Shown: positions 29,989 to 42,113, counted from the first letter of the stretch. The stretch: DNA of 64,000 nt from Nitrospirales bacterium (GCA_963555755.3 OY820905.2:1600001-1664000); one strand, 5' to 3'. Numbers and translations are program-made. The notes: generated from the sequence alone by a model not told the origin.

Positions 29989-32900
29989 ATGAAAATATTA
30001 TCTGAACGAATAATGAAAGTGTTAAAAGAACATCAGATGCTCGCGGCGATACTGGGTATCGGGTTTCTGCTTCGGATATGGGGAATTTTATGGGGAATCC
30101 CTTTCCCAGACCCGTTGGAGGGAATTTATCACCCCGATGAACCTAAAATTATTAAAGGTGCCGTTGAATTTCCCGGACATATTCTCACCAATCAAAATTT
30201 TATTTACCCAACTTTTTTCTCCTATTTTTTAGGATTCATTACGTTTCCGCTTCGGTTATTTTTCGATGGATTTAATGTACCGGGGCCTGGAGGCATAGGT
30301 TCAAATTTTTATTATGTCGTCACGGTGATAGGTCGGCTCTGTTCGGCTCTCGCTGGAACGGGCTCGATTTTCCTCACCTATTTGCTGGCCAAAGATATTT
30401 ATGATGAGAGACGTGCTCTGTTAGCCGGTGCATTTCTTGCGTTGACCTTCTATCACGCGAGTAATTCTTCTGTGGCTACGACTGATGTGCTCACTTCATT
30501 TTTTTTGGTGTTGTTTCTCTTTGTACTCCGCCGTGCCTTTCTCGCCCCAGAATCTCCTTCCTTGTTTATGATATCAGGCATGATCCTGGGCCTCCTGATG
30601 GGTACAAAATATACCGGAGCTATTGTCAGTTTGGCCATTGTGGTGATGTATGTGGACATGCTATGGGGCCGATCGCGTAGTCACAATGAAGGAGGGCACT
30701 TCAACTTACGCACATTGCATGTTCATCTCCTCCTGTGTTGTGGAGCGACTATTGTCACGTTTTTTCTCACGACCCCCGGAATCCTTATCCAATTTAATGG
30801 CTTCATTGATTCAATGGCTTACAATTTCAGGTATGTCGGTCGGTGGGCCATGCCCAGAAACGACTTGGATGTCTGGGTGGCTGTGTTACAAAAGATCGTG
30901 ATGGTGGTTGGGCTTCCCTTGACGAGTGTGTTTCTCCTCGGTCTCTTTTTCCCATACAAGAAGAACGTGCATGAAGTCATCTATATCCTGATTTTGGTTG
31001 TTTACTTTTTATATCTTGAGAACAGGTTGCTACCGAGATACGTGATTTTGGTTGCACCATTGGTGGCTATCATTGCGAGTAATGGATTGGTCTGGTTTTA
31101 TGAGTCGGCGAAAAAACCAGTTCATATCCTTGGGCTTTCGATGATGACGATCGTTTTAGTGTACTCCCTAGGCTATTGTTTGACTGGTGGGTACTTGCGC
31201 TATAACGACACGCGAACCCAGGCGGCACATTTTATCCAGGACACGTTTCCTCAAGGGACAACGGTGGGGCTTGGGTATGTTGCAGAAGAGATCGGTTGGG
31301 CTGCTCACCCTTGGAGGTATCCCCAAATCGATCTGACGCGGTTCACGTATATGGATTTTCTGGATTACCCTGAGGTGTTGGTGACCTCCTCCGAGTATGA
31401 CACCACACGAATTGAAGATGCGCTGAAATCAGATAAGCTGTCAAAGGATTATGTTTGGAATGTGGAGTACAACAAAAATTGGTTTGAATTCTCCCCTCCC
31501 TCTCCTCGGATATTTCGTTTCTATGAAAAATTGTGGTCTTCCGAACGATCACATTATCTGCTCCTGAAAACCTTTAAAATGAAGAATGTCGTTCCTCTGG
31601 AGTTTGGTTCTCCTGAAATTAACATCTATGTTCGTCAGTCCTATGGTCCAAATTTAGTTCGACGGACGTATTATCCTAACAATCCGCGTGGGTATTTTCA
31701 GGAGGAAGATCCGAGAGTTTGGCGGTGGCAGTCTAAGGTTTGGGAGGGGTCCGAGGCCAATCTGGTGTTTCCTGATGAGGATCCCCAAGGCGTACGAATT
31801 GCTATTAGCCGTGCAGGTTCTGATGTGCCTTGGCATATTCAATTGAATCAGGCGCCTGTGGCGGTTAAGGCAATGGAAAAGTACTTGTTACGATTCAGGG
31901 CCCGTGCCGACCACCCGCGTTCCATGGTCCTTGCTCTCAGTCAAGCTGACAATCCATGGCGTAATCTTGGATTGTATCAGGAGGTGGCCCTCACTACGGA
32001 GTGGCAAGACTTTGATGCCGAGTTTATTGCCACGCGGGATGAACTGCGCGCACAAGTGCATTTTGCTCTTGGAGGGAAGGCCGTATCCGTGGAGATCGCA
32101 GGGGTGAGATTGCAGCGAAAATCTGACATTCTGTTAGCAAGCTTGAGCACAACAACACTCTCCTCGTTCGGCTGGGGTATTCATGCGGTCTCCAGTGACC
32201 AAAGTCAATTTATAGAACCTGATCTGCCCGATAGATATTACGTGGAATACCGGCTTAATGCCCAGGGTTGTCGTGGACGGGATTATCCCATACCTCGGTC
32301 TAATCAAGGGATGCGCATTTTGGTCCTTGGCGACTCCTATGCACTGGGGGCTGGGGTGCACGAGGCTGATACTATGGCCAGTCAACTTGAAAGTCTATTA
32401 CATCAAGATAAATTAGGTGCGAGTTCTAGCATGAGCTATGAGGTCATCAATTGTGGGGCAGGTGGGTACGGCACACGAGATGAGGCGGTGTTATCTGAAA
32501 AATTGGTGTCGAGGTATCAGCCGGATGTGGTCTTACTCGTTATGACACCCGACGACGATCAATCCTGGGTTGAAGGGGCAAAACGTGGTGAGTTTGATCA
32601 TCTGAGGAAAGATCGAGATCAATTTGTCTCCTGGTCTGACCACAAAGAAAAACTTTTTCAACGATCTTCTCCGGATTATTCAGGGAGCCTCCGAGCGATA
32701 CATGATCTTCGACAATCGGTTCAAGGTCGTGGCGCACGTTTGGTTGTGGTCCTATTTCGAAATAATCAAGATCAAGCATGGACGCCGCTAGTCAGTCAGA
32801 TAACCGAGGGGCTGAAGGAAACCGGTATCCCCGTATTGGATCTTGGTACAGTATTGTTAAAAAACCAGCCTGGACAGGATCTAACCGTTCACGAGAATGA

Positions 32901-33006
32901 CAAGCATCCAAATGAGATTGCGCACAAGATTGCTGCAGGGGCAATTCTTGCCTCTTTAAATAAAGAAGATTTTTTTAGTCCCCTCGTAGTGCCGAGCAAA
33001 CCCTAA
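29989..33006 (+). CDS. Fusion: GT-C + CBM4/9-like + SGNH hydrolase (paralogue of 23631-26621)
   Basis: Same collinear motifs: YHPDE, GTKYTG, WHIQLNQ..LRFRARAD, VLGDSYALG, DKHPNE. Confidence 0.88.
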   Translation: MKILSERIMKVLKEHQMLAAILGIGFLLRIWGILWGIPFPDPLEGIYHPDEPKIIKGAVEFPGHILTNQNFIYPTFFSYFLGFITFPLRLFFDGFNVPGPGGIGSNFYYVVTVIGRLCSALAGTGSIFLTYLLAKDIYDERRALLAGAFLALTFYHASNSSVATTDVLTSFFLVLFLFVLRRAFLAPESPSLFMISGMILGLLMGTKYTGAIVSLAIVVMYVDMLWGRSRSHNEGGHFNLRTLHVHLLLCCGATIVTFFLTTPGILIQFNGFIDSMAYNFRYVGRWAMPRNDLDVWVAVLQKIVMVVGLPLTSVFLLGLFFPYKKNVHEVIYILILVVYFLYLENRLLPRYVILVAPLVAIIASNGLVWFYESAKKPVHILGLSMMTIVLVYSLGYCLTGGYLRYNDTRTQAAHFIQDTFPQGTTVGLGYVAEEIGWAAHPWRYPQIDLTRFTYMDFLDYPEVLVTSSEYDTTRIEDALKSDKLSKDYVWNVEYNKNWFEFSPPSPRIFRFYEKLWSSERSHYLLLKTFKMKNVVPLEFGSPEINIYVRQSYGPNLVRRTYYPNNPRGYFQEEDPRVWRWQSKVWEGSEANLVFPDEDPQGVRIAISRAGSDVPWHIQLNQAPVAVKAMEKYLLRFRARADHPRSMVLALSQADNPWRNLGLYQEVALTTEWQDFDAEFIATRDELRAQVHFALGGKAVSVEIAGVRLQRKSDILLASLSTTTLSSFGWGIHAVSSDQSQFIEPDLPDRYYVEYRLNAQGCRGRDYPIPRSNQGMRILVLGDSYALGAGVHEADTMASQLESLLHQDKLGASSSMSYEVINCGAGGYGTRDEAVLSEKLVSRYQPDVVLLVMTPDDDQSWVEGAKRGEFDHLRKDRDQFVSWSDHKEKLFQRSSPDYSGSLRAIHDLRQSVQGRGARLVVVLFRNNQDQAWTPLVSQITEGLKETGIPVLDLGTVLLKNQPGQDLTVHENDKHPNEIAHKIAAGAILASLNKEDFFSPLVVPSKP

Positions 33007-33162
33007 ATTTCCCAGTATCTTTTCCAATGGTGCTGGTTCTTCCTTTTCGTGATTGGATCAAAATTCGCAAGTTGGTTCGTCGTGATATTTTTGAGAAATT
33101 ACAACTCACAAAGCCCGACTTTGCTGTGAAGTCCGAGTTAGGCGCATGGGCCTTTCCGGAGA

Positions 33163-34961
33163 TTGAAACGCACCGTCATGTTGATCGACACATTAAGCCG
33201 TAAGAGTTCAATGTTTCTCCGATTCCCCCACGTGGGCACCACGGTCTTCCTCATTACTTTGACGGGCCTGTATCTCATTCAGCTAGTCAGCCAGGGCACG
33301 GCCTTATCCTTTTCCGTGATCGAATTAGAGCAGATACATCTTAAAAGCGGTCACGCTTTCGAGGTTAAATTGAGCCCAAATGAATTCCCCATACCGCAGG
33401 GATTCGCTCCCATACTCTATGAACACCTGAAAGCAAAGGGAGGCCCAATCATATATGCAAAACCGGTTATCGGAGAGACAAGGGTGTACTATTTTCTAAG
33501 CAATCTTTTGGATAAACGTTTCCCAGATTTATCGGCTGGAATTTGGACGAAACTTGGGCCAGAAGTACAAACCGTAGCAGAGGTTCGAAGCAAGGGGGAG
33601 GGCCGCTACGGCATAGCTGACGGTGGCCTCGTCTTTAGTGCATCGGATAATTCGAGCCCAATAACTAACGGGCGTGCTTATCAGCTTCGCGTCTCCCGGG
33701 TAGTACCTCCTTACCTTACAATCCCTTTGCAGGTCTTATGTTTCGTCGCAGCACTATTCTTTCTTATTCAAGTATTATCGAAGCTACCTCGAGTATGGAC
33801 AACGCTGTATACCCGTAGTTGTCTGTTCCGCAACCTTGCACCTGGAATTGTGGTCTCGGCGATAAGCATCATTGTGTTTTTTGTTGCCGGAGAGATCTAT
33901 CTACGAGCCACGATTCCCTTTACGGAAAGTAATAACGTATTTACCGTCGATCCGAACATCGGAAATTCGTATAAGCCAGGTGCAGAATTGCGTGCCACAA
34001 ATCACGTTGATTTCTGGACAGTTTCAACAATTAATTCCCTAGGTTTTGTTGATCGAGAACCAATGTTGCCAAAAGATGACGACACGTTCCGCATCGTCAT
34101 TATTGGTGATTCCTATGTTGAGGCGGTGCAAGTCGACATGCAGGATAAATTCTCTGTACTGCTTGAGACTCGTCTCAGACAGAGGTTTCCGGATCGCCCG
34201 ATTGATGTCGTGGCGATGGGAATTGCCGGGACTGGCCAGGTCAATCAACTGGCCTACCTTGAAACCTATGCCGAACTCCTTCGCCCGGTCCTGTGGTTAT
34301 GGTATTTGTCGGCAATGATTTCGCTGATAACTCTCCGCTACTCCAAATGATAGAGAAGGGCGTGAACCTTGCTTATTCGCCGTTATTATTCTTTATCCCG
34401 ACCGAAGATGGATATGATCGAACACAGCTAGCACAGGATGCCTGGTCCCATAGCCTGCATTTGGATTGGGGCGAGACAATCTTACGGCGGTTCGAGTACG
34501 CAAAATCTTTCGACCAATATGCTGAGCTTCTCCCAGAATGGAGCTTCTCTGATGGAAACAGCTATCGTTCCGCGATATGGGATATGTTTCACTATGAGGA
34601 GTTACCGCCGGTGGGCTCGCAAGCGATCAAAATTACGGAATATGCTTTGGATCAATATGTCTCGATGGCCGAGCAACACAACTTCCATCTTCTCCTCGTA
34701 TCAGGAGGGCTTACCAAATTTTGGAGTCATAACAATGCTGATGGAAGACAAAGATTAGAGCGGGGTGCAGTCGAACGCGTTGAACGGTTTGCCGAGGAGC
34801 GTAACCTTCCCTTTCTCGATTTGTATCCGGAGTTGGTGCCTCAAGGAAAATTGAGCGAGATACGTTTTAGATATGATGGACACTGGAACGAAGAAGGGCA
34901 CCGTCGTGCTGCGAAGGGGATGTTTGAATTTCTAGTAAAAAATCCTGAGCTTTTGCGCTAA
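33163..34961 (+). pseudogene. Membrane-anchored SGNH/AlgX-like protein split by a 1-bp frameshift near 34293
   Basis: ORF1 has NSLGFVDRE and IIGDSYVEA; ORF2 continues VMVFVGND...DGHWNEEGH. Adding one G restores RPVLVVMVFVGND. Confidence 0.8.
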
Positions 34962-35039
34962 GGGATCCTGGGCTCACTTTCCTTTATTGAAGGTGTGGGG
35001 TGGAAAAATTTCTCATTGATTGACTGTACCTCACTCCTT

Positions 35040-35940
35040 AACAAAGTCATTTATTGGCGGCAACGCTATGTCGAGAATGGGCTAGCCGGCCTTCAGGACC
35101 AGCCCCGCTCGGGTCGACCACCCAAGTATGGTAAAACGTTTCGCAATGATCTGCTCAAGGTGTTAAGCCAACCGCCGCCCCAAGGGTTGGCCCTGTGGGA
35201 CGGGCCTGCCGTGGCCGAGGAGTTGGAGGCACCCGTTGACGCGGTCTGGAAAGTGTTACGCAAAGAAGGCATCAATCTGCAACGGCACCGGTCATGGTGT
35301 ATCAGCACCGATACAAACTTTGCCAGCAAGGCCGCGGATATTGTGGGGCTCTATTTAGCCCCGCCGGTCAACGCCATCGTGCTCTGTGTGGATGAAAAAC
35401 CCAGCATTCAGGCCCTGGAACGAAAAACCGGCTATATCAAAACAGAGAGTGGAAAAGTCATCCGCGCCTACCAAAGCACCTATACACGACATGGCACGCT
35501 CAATCTCTTTGCTGCGCTGGAAGTCTCAACAGGAAAAATTCAGGGCAAAGTGACGCCAGAGAAAAAGCGAACGGATTTTCAAGCCTTTCTGGATGAAATT
35601 GTGGAGGAATACTCTCCAGCCCAAGAGATTCACGTCGTGTTAGATAATGACGGCACCCACAAGAAGAACGACGAGTGGCTCGCACGCCATAACAATGTCC
35701 ACTTTCATTTTCCCCCGACATCCGCAAGCTGGCTCAATCAGGTCGAAATCTGGTTTGGGATCTTTTCCCGGAAAGCTCTCCGGGGCGCTTCCTTTGCCAG
35801 TCCTCACCAACTGAGACAGCGTATCGAAGATTGTATCGAACACGACAACCCAAACGCCAAACCATTTAAATGGCGGAAAAGGGAAGTCAAGGGATCGCAG
35901 CTTAAAGATAATATAGCTAACTTAACAAATTAAACACTAG
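35040..35940 (+). mobile_element. IS630 second copy, 5'-truncated (no left IR)
   Basis: Near-identical to about 5567-6467, including the right IR ...AATTAAACACTAG. Confidence 0.92.
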
Positions 35941-36766
35941 CAATGATTTCTTGACCTTCTTTTTCACCTCTTTCCAGAAACAATTTTCGAGTATTGAATT
36001 ACACATTGCTGGGTCCCTGGCATACACGAGTTCTCCCGTTTCCCCTAAACTGTAGGGGGAACCTTCCCAATGATTCAGATTTGCAACCCGGTGAACATGG
36101 TCAATGATACCTTGATACATGATAATGTGTGGCTTCACCTTGATAACAGGATCCACTAATCCATGTTCAATAGCCGCGAGCATGTGTTGCGGCCCGTATC
36201 CGGGGGTTCCAAAATTGTATATTTGATACTGTTCATGAGTAAGGATTCCCACCGTATACGGCATGGCTTCGTGATTATTGACGCCTTCTCCAAATGTCAC
36301 AGAACACCCAAAGAACACAAGAGATCTCCCTCCAGAGTTGGTGCTCTGGTTATAGGGAGGCGCAATACGAAGTCCGTATTCATCAGTTGTGATGGCCACT
36401 TCGTACACGGGTGTATTATCGTGTATTCGAATCTTTCGTGCGATTCGGTCAGAATTTGGCTCTTCCGTCCAACCGAGTATGTCGTCGCCCCTACCGTTAT
36501 AGACATTCTCCATCCGGTACTTGTTTTCCCCCACAGACTGGTCGAGTTGAAAACTCAAATACCATTCCCCTAAGACGAGAATGACCAATAGGGCCATTAA
36601 TGTTGATCGATGCTAATTTGAGAAAGGTCCCACGACAGACAATCCCCGAAACAAGGAGGGCTCCTCCCCAAAGTGCCACGACCCACATGTTTGGGTTTGG
36701 TATGTATTCAAGTAAAAGCCATGAAAGGAACAGGGGGATTATCCAAAACAGTATGCGTGCGTTCAT
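35941..36766 (-). pseudogene. SGNH-like membrane protein, frameshifted near 36600 and truncated by IS630
   Basis: TM-rich start MNARILFWIIP; other frame has TDEYGLR, FFGCSVTFGEGV, NFGTPGYGPQH. Ends at the IS right end. Confidence 0.75.
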
Positions 36767-37279
36767 TCTTTTGCCGCTTTTTGGTGTTGCAATGGATTTT
36801 TTTAAAAAGACCAAGGAAGCCAAAGACTTAGTGTACGAAAACATTTCCAGGAAATTCATCGGCGCACATAGGCGTGATCTGAAATTCAGCAAGTAATTAT
36901 ATCTAGCATTTTCTGTCATACCTGAATCTTTGGAACTCGTTATTGATATTTAAGTGTTGTTGAGTGAAATCGTTCAGGAGAAAAGGTATCTTGAAAAAAA
37001 CTCCGAAACAATTAGGCGGGGTCCTTCATAGCAATATCAGATCTGAACAGGCTCCAAATCCTGATAGCCCTGTGACGTTGATGGATAAGATCGATCATCT
37101 TGGCCGGAGACATATTGCATTTTATTGGCGCTTCACCGCCTCCCTTCCTGGGCTCGGCTAATCCGATTCTAACCATTCCCCAATTGGGCCTTTGGCTTTC
37201 GAAATATTTGAGGCATAGCTCACGCATGTCGAATCGTTGTACACACTTCTGATAATTTCCCGTTTTGGTTCTACCGACT

Positions 37280-37446
37280 GTCAGATTTCCGACATTCCGT
37301 CAGAATCTCCGCGAGAATTTAACCTCCCCCCTCTCTTTCTCAATCTCAGAGAGAGTCCCTTAGGCAAGAAATTCACTGCATTTTTACACATTAATTAGAA
37401 GTTTTGGTGGATGCCCAGAGGAAATATCTTCTGGTATCTGTCTTGC
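37280..37446 (+). promoter_or_regulatory. sigma54 promoter cassette E (box GTCAGATTTCCGAC; TGGTATCTGTCTTGC 37432-37446)
   Basis: GTC-N8-GAC box 153 bp upstream of a GG-N10-GC element. Confidence 0.7.
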
Positions 37447-37571
37447 TTGTATGAAAACGGAATCATCTGTTTCTCACCCTTGGTTTGTTCAAGGCTTCTC
37501 AGGGTGGCCCGTGGGTATCTGGATAGTGGGTTGATTCCCCTTTGGTGTGATCAATATTTATCAAGGAGGAG

Positions 37572-38576
37572 ATGGACATGGTGAGTAGTGAACAGCCGAC
37601 GCAAACCCTGCCCCCCCCGGACGTCTCAGTCATCATTCCCTCCTTTAACAGTGCCCCTCATGTCCGCCAATGCCTGGATGCCCTGAAGGCCCAAATTACC
37701 ACATGTTCCTATGAAGTGATTCTGGTTGACAGCTCACAAGACGCCACACATGACATCGTGACTGACGAATATCCTGACGTGAGACTGTTCCATTTTGATG
37801 AGCGATGCTCAGTGGGCAAAGCACGCAATATTGGGGTTGAGAAAGCCAAGGCGGAAATCGTGTTATTTTTGGATACGGATTGCGTGCCCATTCCCACATG
37901 GCTCGAGCAACTGTACTCGGCCCTTCAGAGTCATCATGTGGTGGGGGTTGGAGGGGCCATCGAGAATGGCACTCCGACAAATATCATGGGGTCGGTGGGG
38001 TTTTACCTCGAATTTTTTCGGTTCCTTTCCTGCAAGGGTTCACCGTGTTTTTCCACATTTCTCATGGGAGGCAATTCGGGGTTTAGAAAAACGGTGTGCC
38101 AATCTCTTCCATTTAAGGATGCCAGTATTGGCGATGATTTCCTGTTTACATGGCATTTGGTTCACAGTGGAAGGCCGTTGTTGTTTGTACCCTCCGCGGT
38201 TGTTCGACACATTAATAAAACCGGACTCCGAAACGTATTAAATTATCAATACCAATTGGGGCTTGGGGCTTGTGCCTATCGTCAAACGGTGTCACCCAGG
38301 CTCAGTTCCTCTATGAAGCGCCTCCCGCCGGCCATTTTCTTGTCTTCAGTTTTTGTCCTGTTCTGGATTGGATGCCTCGTTCTGAAACGGGAAAAGGTTT
38401 TTGATGGGATCAAGTTTTTCCTATTACTTCCCTTTCTCTTGTTTGGACATTTGGTGTGGGCCACGGGTTTCTTTCGGGAAATCATGCGAATACGAAAACT
38501 TCAACCTCACCGACACCCACAAGATCCTTTGATGAGAATGCCACAGTCTGAAGCAGGAGGACAGGCAAAGGGATGA
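37572..38576 (+). CDS. Glycosyltransferase family 2
   Basis: AAGGAGGAG RBS; VSVIIPSFN, VILVDSSQD, ARNIG, FLDTDC. Confidence 0.92.
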   Translation: MDMVSSEQPTQTLPPPDVSVIIPSFNSAPHVRQCLDALKAQITTCSYEVILVDSSQDATHDIVTDEYPDVRLFHFDERCSVGKARNIGVEKAKAEIVLFLDTDCVPIPTWLEQLYSALQSHHVVGVGGAIENGTPTNIMGSVGFYLEFFRFLSCKGSPCFSTFLMGGNSGFRKTVCQSLPFKDASIGDDFLFTWHLVHSGRPLLFVPSAVVRHINKTGLRNVLNYQYQLGLGACAYRQTVSPRLSSSMKRLPPAIFLSSVFVLFWIGCLVLKREKVFDGIKFFLLLPFLLFGHLVWATGFFREIMRIRKLQPHRHPQDPLMRMPQSEAGGQAKG

Positions 38577-38679
38577 GCATGTGCTCAAGCAATAGCTACT
38601 CGACATTCCAGTTTTCAGGGCACGTCCAAGGGGGAAGGAATAGTTGCGTCACTCAACACCCCTCGATGAGGATCACCTC

Positions 38680-39498
38680 ATGAATCATCCACCTATGTCA
38701 TCACACCTGAATCTGGATGGGTATTTTGGGTTGCGAGAAGTCTGGCGATGCCGAAGTCTTTTCCACATTCTCGTAATGAGGGATCTGAAAATCAAATACC
38801 AGCGGTCTCCCCTTGGGTTTCTTTGGACGTTGCTGAACCCCTTATGTACTTCCCTCATTTTGATCACGGTCTTTACTTATATTATCAAAGTGCCAGTTGA
38901 CCATTATTGGGCCTTCCTGCTGAGCGGGTATTTTGTCTGGAATTTTATGCACCAGGTGCTCCTTCAATCCACGAATTTGTTGAGAGACCATGCCAACCTC
39001 AGGCGTAATATGGCGTTTCCAAGTGAAATTCTTATTTGGAGTGCTGCATTTTCAAGGCTGCTGGAATTTCTGATCGAAATCAGTCTGGTAATAATCGGCC
39101 TGATGGTGTTTCATCATCAGGGCATTCCGACCAGCCTGGTTCTGTTCCCCTTGCTCATTGTTATTCAGATATTTCTCACCGTCGGGTTGATGTACCCCCT
39201 CTCGACGCTCTCAGTTTTTTTCCACGATGTGTCGTATGCGTTGCCAGTTGTTATTTTTACGTTGTTTTATCTCTCTCCCGTATTTTATCCCATAGAAATG
39301 ATCCCGGAGATTGTTCGGCCATACAGTTTTCTCAATCCTTTCTCCGGAATTCTAACCCTGTATCACGCGGTTTTGTACGATGGGCTCTGGCCTTCAATGT
39401 TTTTGCTCAGTTCAGTCTTCGGTAGCGCACTTGTTATTTGTTTGATTGGGTATGCCATCTTTAATCGGTTCAAACATACCTGTGTCGAGATTGCCTGA
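38680..39498 (+). CDS. wzm: ABC-2 polysaccharide transporter permease
   Basis: RDLKIKYQRSPLGFLWTLLNPL, FYLSPVFYP, LNPF. Confidence 0.92.
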   Translation: MNHPPMSSHLNLDGYFGLREVWRCRSLFHILVMRDLKIKYQRSPLGFLWTLLNPLCTSLILITVFTYIIKVPVDHYWAFLLSGYFVWNFMHQVLLQSTNLLRDHANLRRNMAFPSEILIWSAAFSRLLEFLIEISLVIIGLMVFHHQGIPTSLVLFPLLIVIQIFLTVGLMYPLSTLSVFFHDVSYALPVVIFTLFYLSPVFYPIEMIPEIVRPYSFLNPFSGILTLYHAVLYDGLWPSMFLLSSVFGSALVICLIGYAIFNRFKHTCVEIA

Positions 39499-39637
39499 CC
39501 GGTCGGCTGTCATAGCGGTCGAGTGTCGAGGAGTTGTGAAAGGATATTAGCGTACCAACACCGTACGCCTCTATCCGCAGTTGGTACTTTTCTGCGGCAA
39601 CTGACTGGCTGCTCGCGAAACAGTCGTCTGGGAGGGG

Positions 39638-40876
39638 GTGCCCATGCTGGAAGTAAAAGTTCGTTCCGCTAAGCAGACTGCGGAGCCCGCAACAATAGGC
39701 CAGATTGAACGGCCGCTCGAGGATGTCGGCACTCGCCCCATAGTATCCGTTGTCATGCCATGCCTCAACGAGAGTGAGACAATCGGCGCATGCATCGAGA
39801 AGATTCAAGACACGTTCGCCGCTTTCAATATCCAAGGGGAGATCGTCGTTTGTGACAATGGGTCAACTGATAGCTCTGTCACGATCGCTGAGTGTTTGGG
39901 TGCGCGCGTAGTTCACCAACCGATCCGTGGGTACGGCAATGCTTACCTGAAAGGATTCGCTTGCGCACGTGGAGTGTACCTTATCATGGGTGATGCCGAT
40001 GACACCTACGATTTCACGCTGATCCCTAAGTTTTTGGACCTCCTAATGAATCAGGATTGCGACTTTGTCACCGGGAGTCGCTACCTTGAGGGAGGGCACA
40101 GGCACATCACTAGCCTACATCGTATCCTAGGCAATCCGGCGCTGACCGGAATCCTCAACGCCCTATTCGGGACCGTGTACACGGACGTGTATTGCGGCTT
40201 TCGCGGGTTTAGCCGGAAGGCCTATGACCTCATCCAGCCGGTTAGCCCTGGGATGGAGTTTAACCTCGAGCTGGCGATCAATGCAGGTCTGGCGGGGCTG
40301 AAGATAGCTGAAGTGCCAATCCAACTGGGCCCCCGCAAGGGGGAGTCGAAGTTACGAACGTTCCAGGATGGGTGGCGCAGCCTGCGAATGATGCTTCTCT
40401 ACTGCCCGAACAAGGTCTTTTTCTGGCCTGGTGCTTTGCTCCTTTGCAGTGGCATGCTAACGCATGTAGCGGTATTACTCGGTTTAGTGATGTGGAATGG
40501 CCGATCAGCGGGTGGTGTCACCGGAGTCTTTGGGACAATCTTCAGCGTCGTGGGGTTCCAAATCCTGACCCTGGGCCTTCACGCCAAAACCTACTCTTGG
40601 AGCCGACGTTTCGACAAAAACAACACAGCGCTGGAGAGGTTCTACCGATTCTTCAATCTGGAAGCTGGACTTGCTATGGCTGCCGGGTTGATCGGCACCG
40701 GTGGGACTATCCTCATCATCCTCATCAACCAATGGCTGAAGGCAAACATGCTGCCTCTGCCACACCCGGAATGGGCATCCTTTGCGGCTACCATGATTAT
40801 CATCGGTTTTAGCACACTTTTCTCATCTCTGTTTATTTCAACCATGTCAATGGACAAGGGAAAGGGGGGTGGTTGA
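39638..40876 (+). CDS. GT2, polyprenyl-phosphate glycosyltransferase (DPM1-like) with C-terminal TMs
   Basis: SVVMPCLNE, DNGSTD, GYGNA, MGDADDTYD, VTGSR, GESKLRTFQDGWRSL. Confidence 0.92.
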   Translation: MPMLEVKVRSAKQTAEPATIGQIERPLEDVGTRPIVSVVMPCLNESETIGACIEKIQDTFAAFNIQGEIVVCDNGSTDSSVTIAECLGARVVHQPIRGYGNAYLKGFACARGVYLIMGDADDTYDFTLIPKFLDLLMNQDCDFVTGSRYLEGGHRHITSLHRILGNPALTGILNALFGTVYTDVYCGFRGFSRKAYDLIQPVSPGMEFNLELAINAGLAGLKIAEVPIQLGPRKGESKLRTFQDGWRSLRMMLLYCPNKVFFWPGALLLCSGMLTHVAVLLGLVMWNGRSAGGVTGVFGTIFSVVGFQILTLGLHAKTYSWSRRFDKNNTALERFYRFFNLEAGLAMAAGLIGTGGTILIILINQWLKANMLPLPHPEWASFAATMIIIGFSTLFSSLFISTMSMDKGKGGG

Positions 40877-41054
40877 GGATTTCATGGCCTGCTCCTCCAT
40901 ATGTTATTCACATCCCCACCAAGCTCCTTTTAAAAGGTCCTCACGGGAATACCGCGGTGACGACTCGCGCTCTAATTTGGAGTGTAGGACTGTTTGTCTG
41001 GAGCGTATCCTTTCGACGTAACGAATGTCCGGGGGATCCCTCTGACTCTTAGGG

Positions 41055-42113
41055 TTGGCCTGGTACCCGAATGTCATGATGTTAGGTTTCCTTAAACGGC
41101 TTTCTTTTTTTTCCGACGAGCAACTCGCTCCGGTGGATGACTGGTCCGAGAGGTTCTGGGAGTTTGTAGTCCGGCCGCTCGTGCTTCGGTGGAAAGTCTG
41201 CCATATTGCTGGGCCCGAGACAGTGGATTACGCCCCAGACGAACTCATCGCCATTTGTGTCGTACGTAATGGCGCGTCTCACATTCGACAGTTTGTCGAA
41301 CATCACTTTGAACTAGGAGTGCGGCATATCGTTTTTTTGGATAACAACTCCTCTGATGATACCGTTCGAATCGCGGCTTCGTACTCCAATGTCACTGTTC
41401 TACAGACTAACTGCCCTTATCGATTCTATGAAAATGTCATGAAGCGGTATCTTGTGAAGCGTTTTGCAAAAAAACGCTGGAGTCTGTGCGTCGATATCGA
41501 TGAACGTTTCGAATATCCATGCGCCAATGTGCTCTCCATAAGGTCCTTTCTTGCCTATCTCAACGAGCATTCTTACACCGCTGTGGTAGCTCAGATGCTT
41601 GATCTTTTTGCGGATAATCCTGTTGATGAGTCTCAATGGGGACCTGACCAACCGGTTGAGGATGTTTGTAATTACTACGATATTTCTAATATCGAAAAAA
41701 CACATTACAAATGGGGGATCCTGTCGAATGAGAAGGTAGACATGCACTTCGGTGGAATCCGCAGAACATTGTTCGGGACTAGAAACGGGCTGACTAAGGC
41801 AGCCATGGTGTTTCTTGACGGGCAGGTCCTGCCATTCGTCGAATGGCACCACGCACTGCACGCCCGAATTGCCGATATTTCCTGCCTACTGCGGCATTAT
41901 CCCTTCGCTGGTTCCTTTTATGAAAAAGTATTAGATGCTGTGGAGACTGGTAGGTACGGCAGTTTTACGACTCTTGAATATCAGAATTACTGGCAGATTT
42001 TAAAGCAAAATCCAGCACTTGGTAAAAAGCGGGAAACTGGCCGGAAATTGGAATGTGTTGATGCACTGGTGAACGAAGGTTTTCTAGTAGTCTCCGAGGC
42101 GTATCAGCAGTAG
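41055..42113 (+). CDS. Glycosyltransferase family 2 (Glyco_tranf_2_4-like)
   Basis: VVRNG...FVEHH..LGV, LDNNSSDDT, WSLCVDIDE. Start uncertain. Confidence 0.85.
   Translation: MAWYPNVMMLGFLKRLSFFSDEQLAPVDDWSERFWEFVVRPLVLRWKVCHIAGPETVDYAPDELIAICVVRNGASHIRQFVEHHFELGVRHIVFLDNNSSDDTVRIAASYSNVTVLQTNCPYRFYENVMKRYLVKRFAKKRWSLCVDIDERFEYPCANVLSIRSFLAYLNEHSYTAVVAQMLDLFADNPVDESQWGPDQPVEDVCNYYDISNIEKTHYKWGILSNEKVDMHFGGIRRTLFGTRNGLTKAAMVFLDGQVLPFVEWHHALHARIADISCLLRHYPFAGSFYEKVLDAVETGRYGSFTTLEYQNYWQILKQNPALGKKRETGRKLECVDALVNEGFLVVSEAYQQ

Noticed and set aside
34995..35933. Intact 312-aa IS630 transposase
   Set aside because: The first ~15 codons are flanking DNA; the true N-terminus and left IR are missing.
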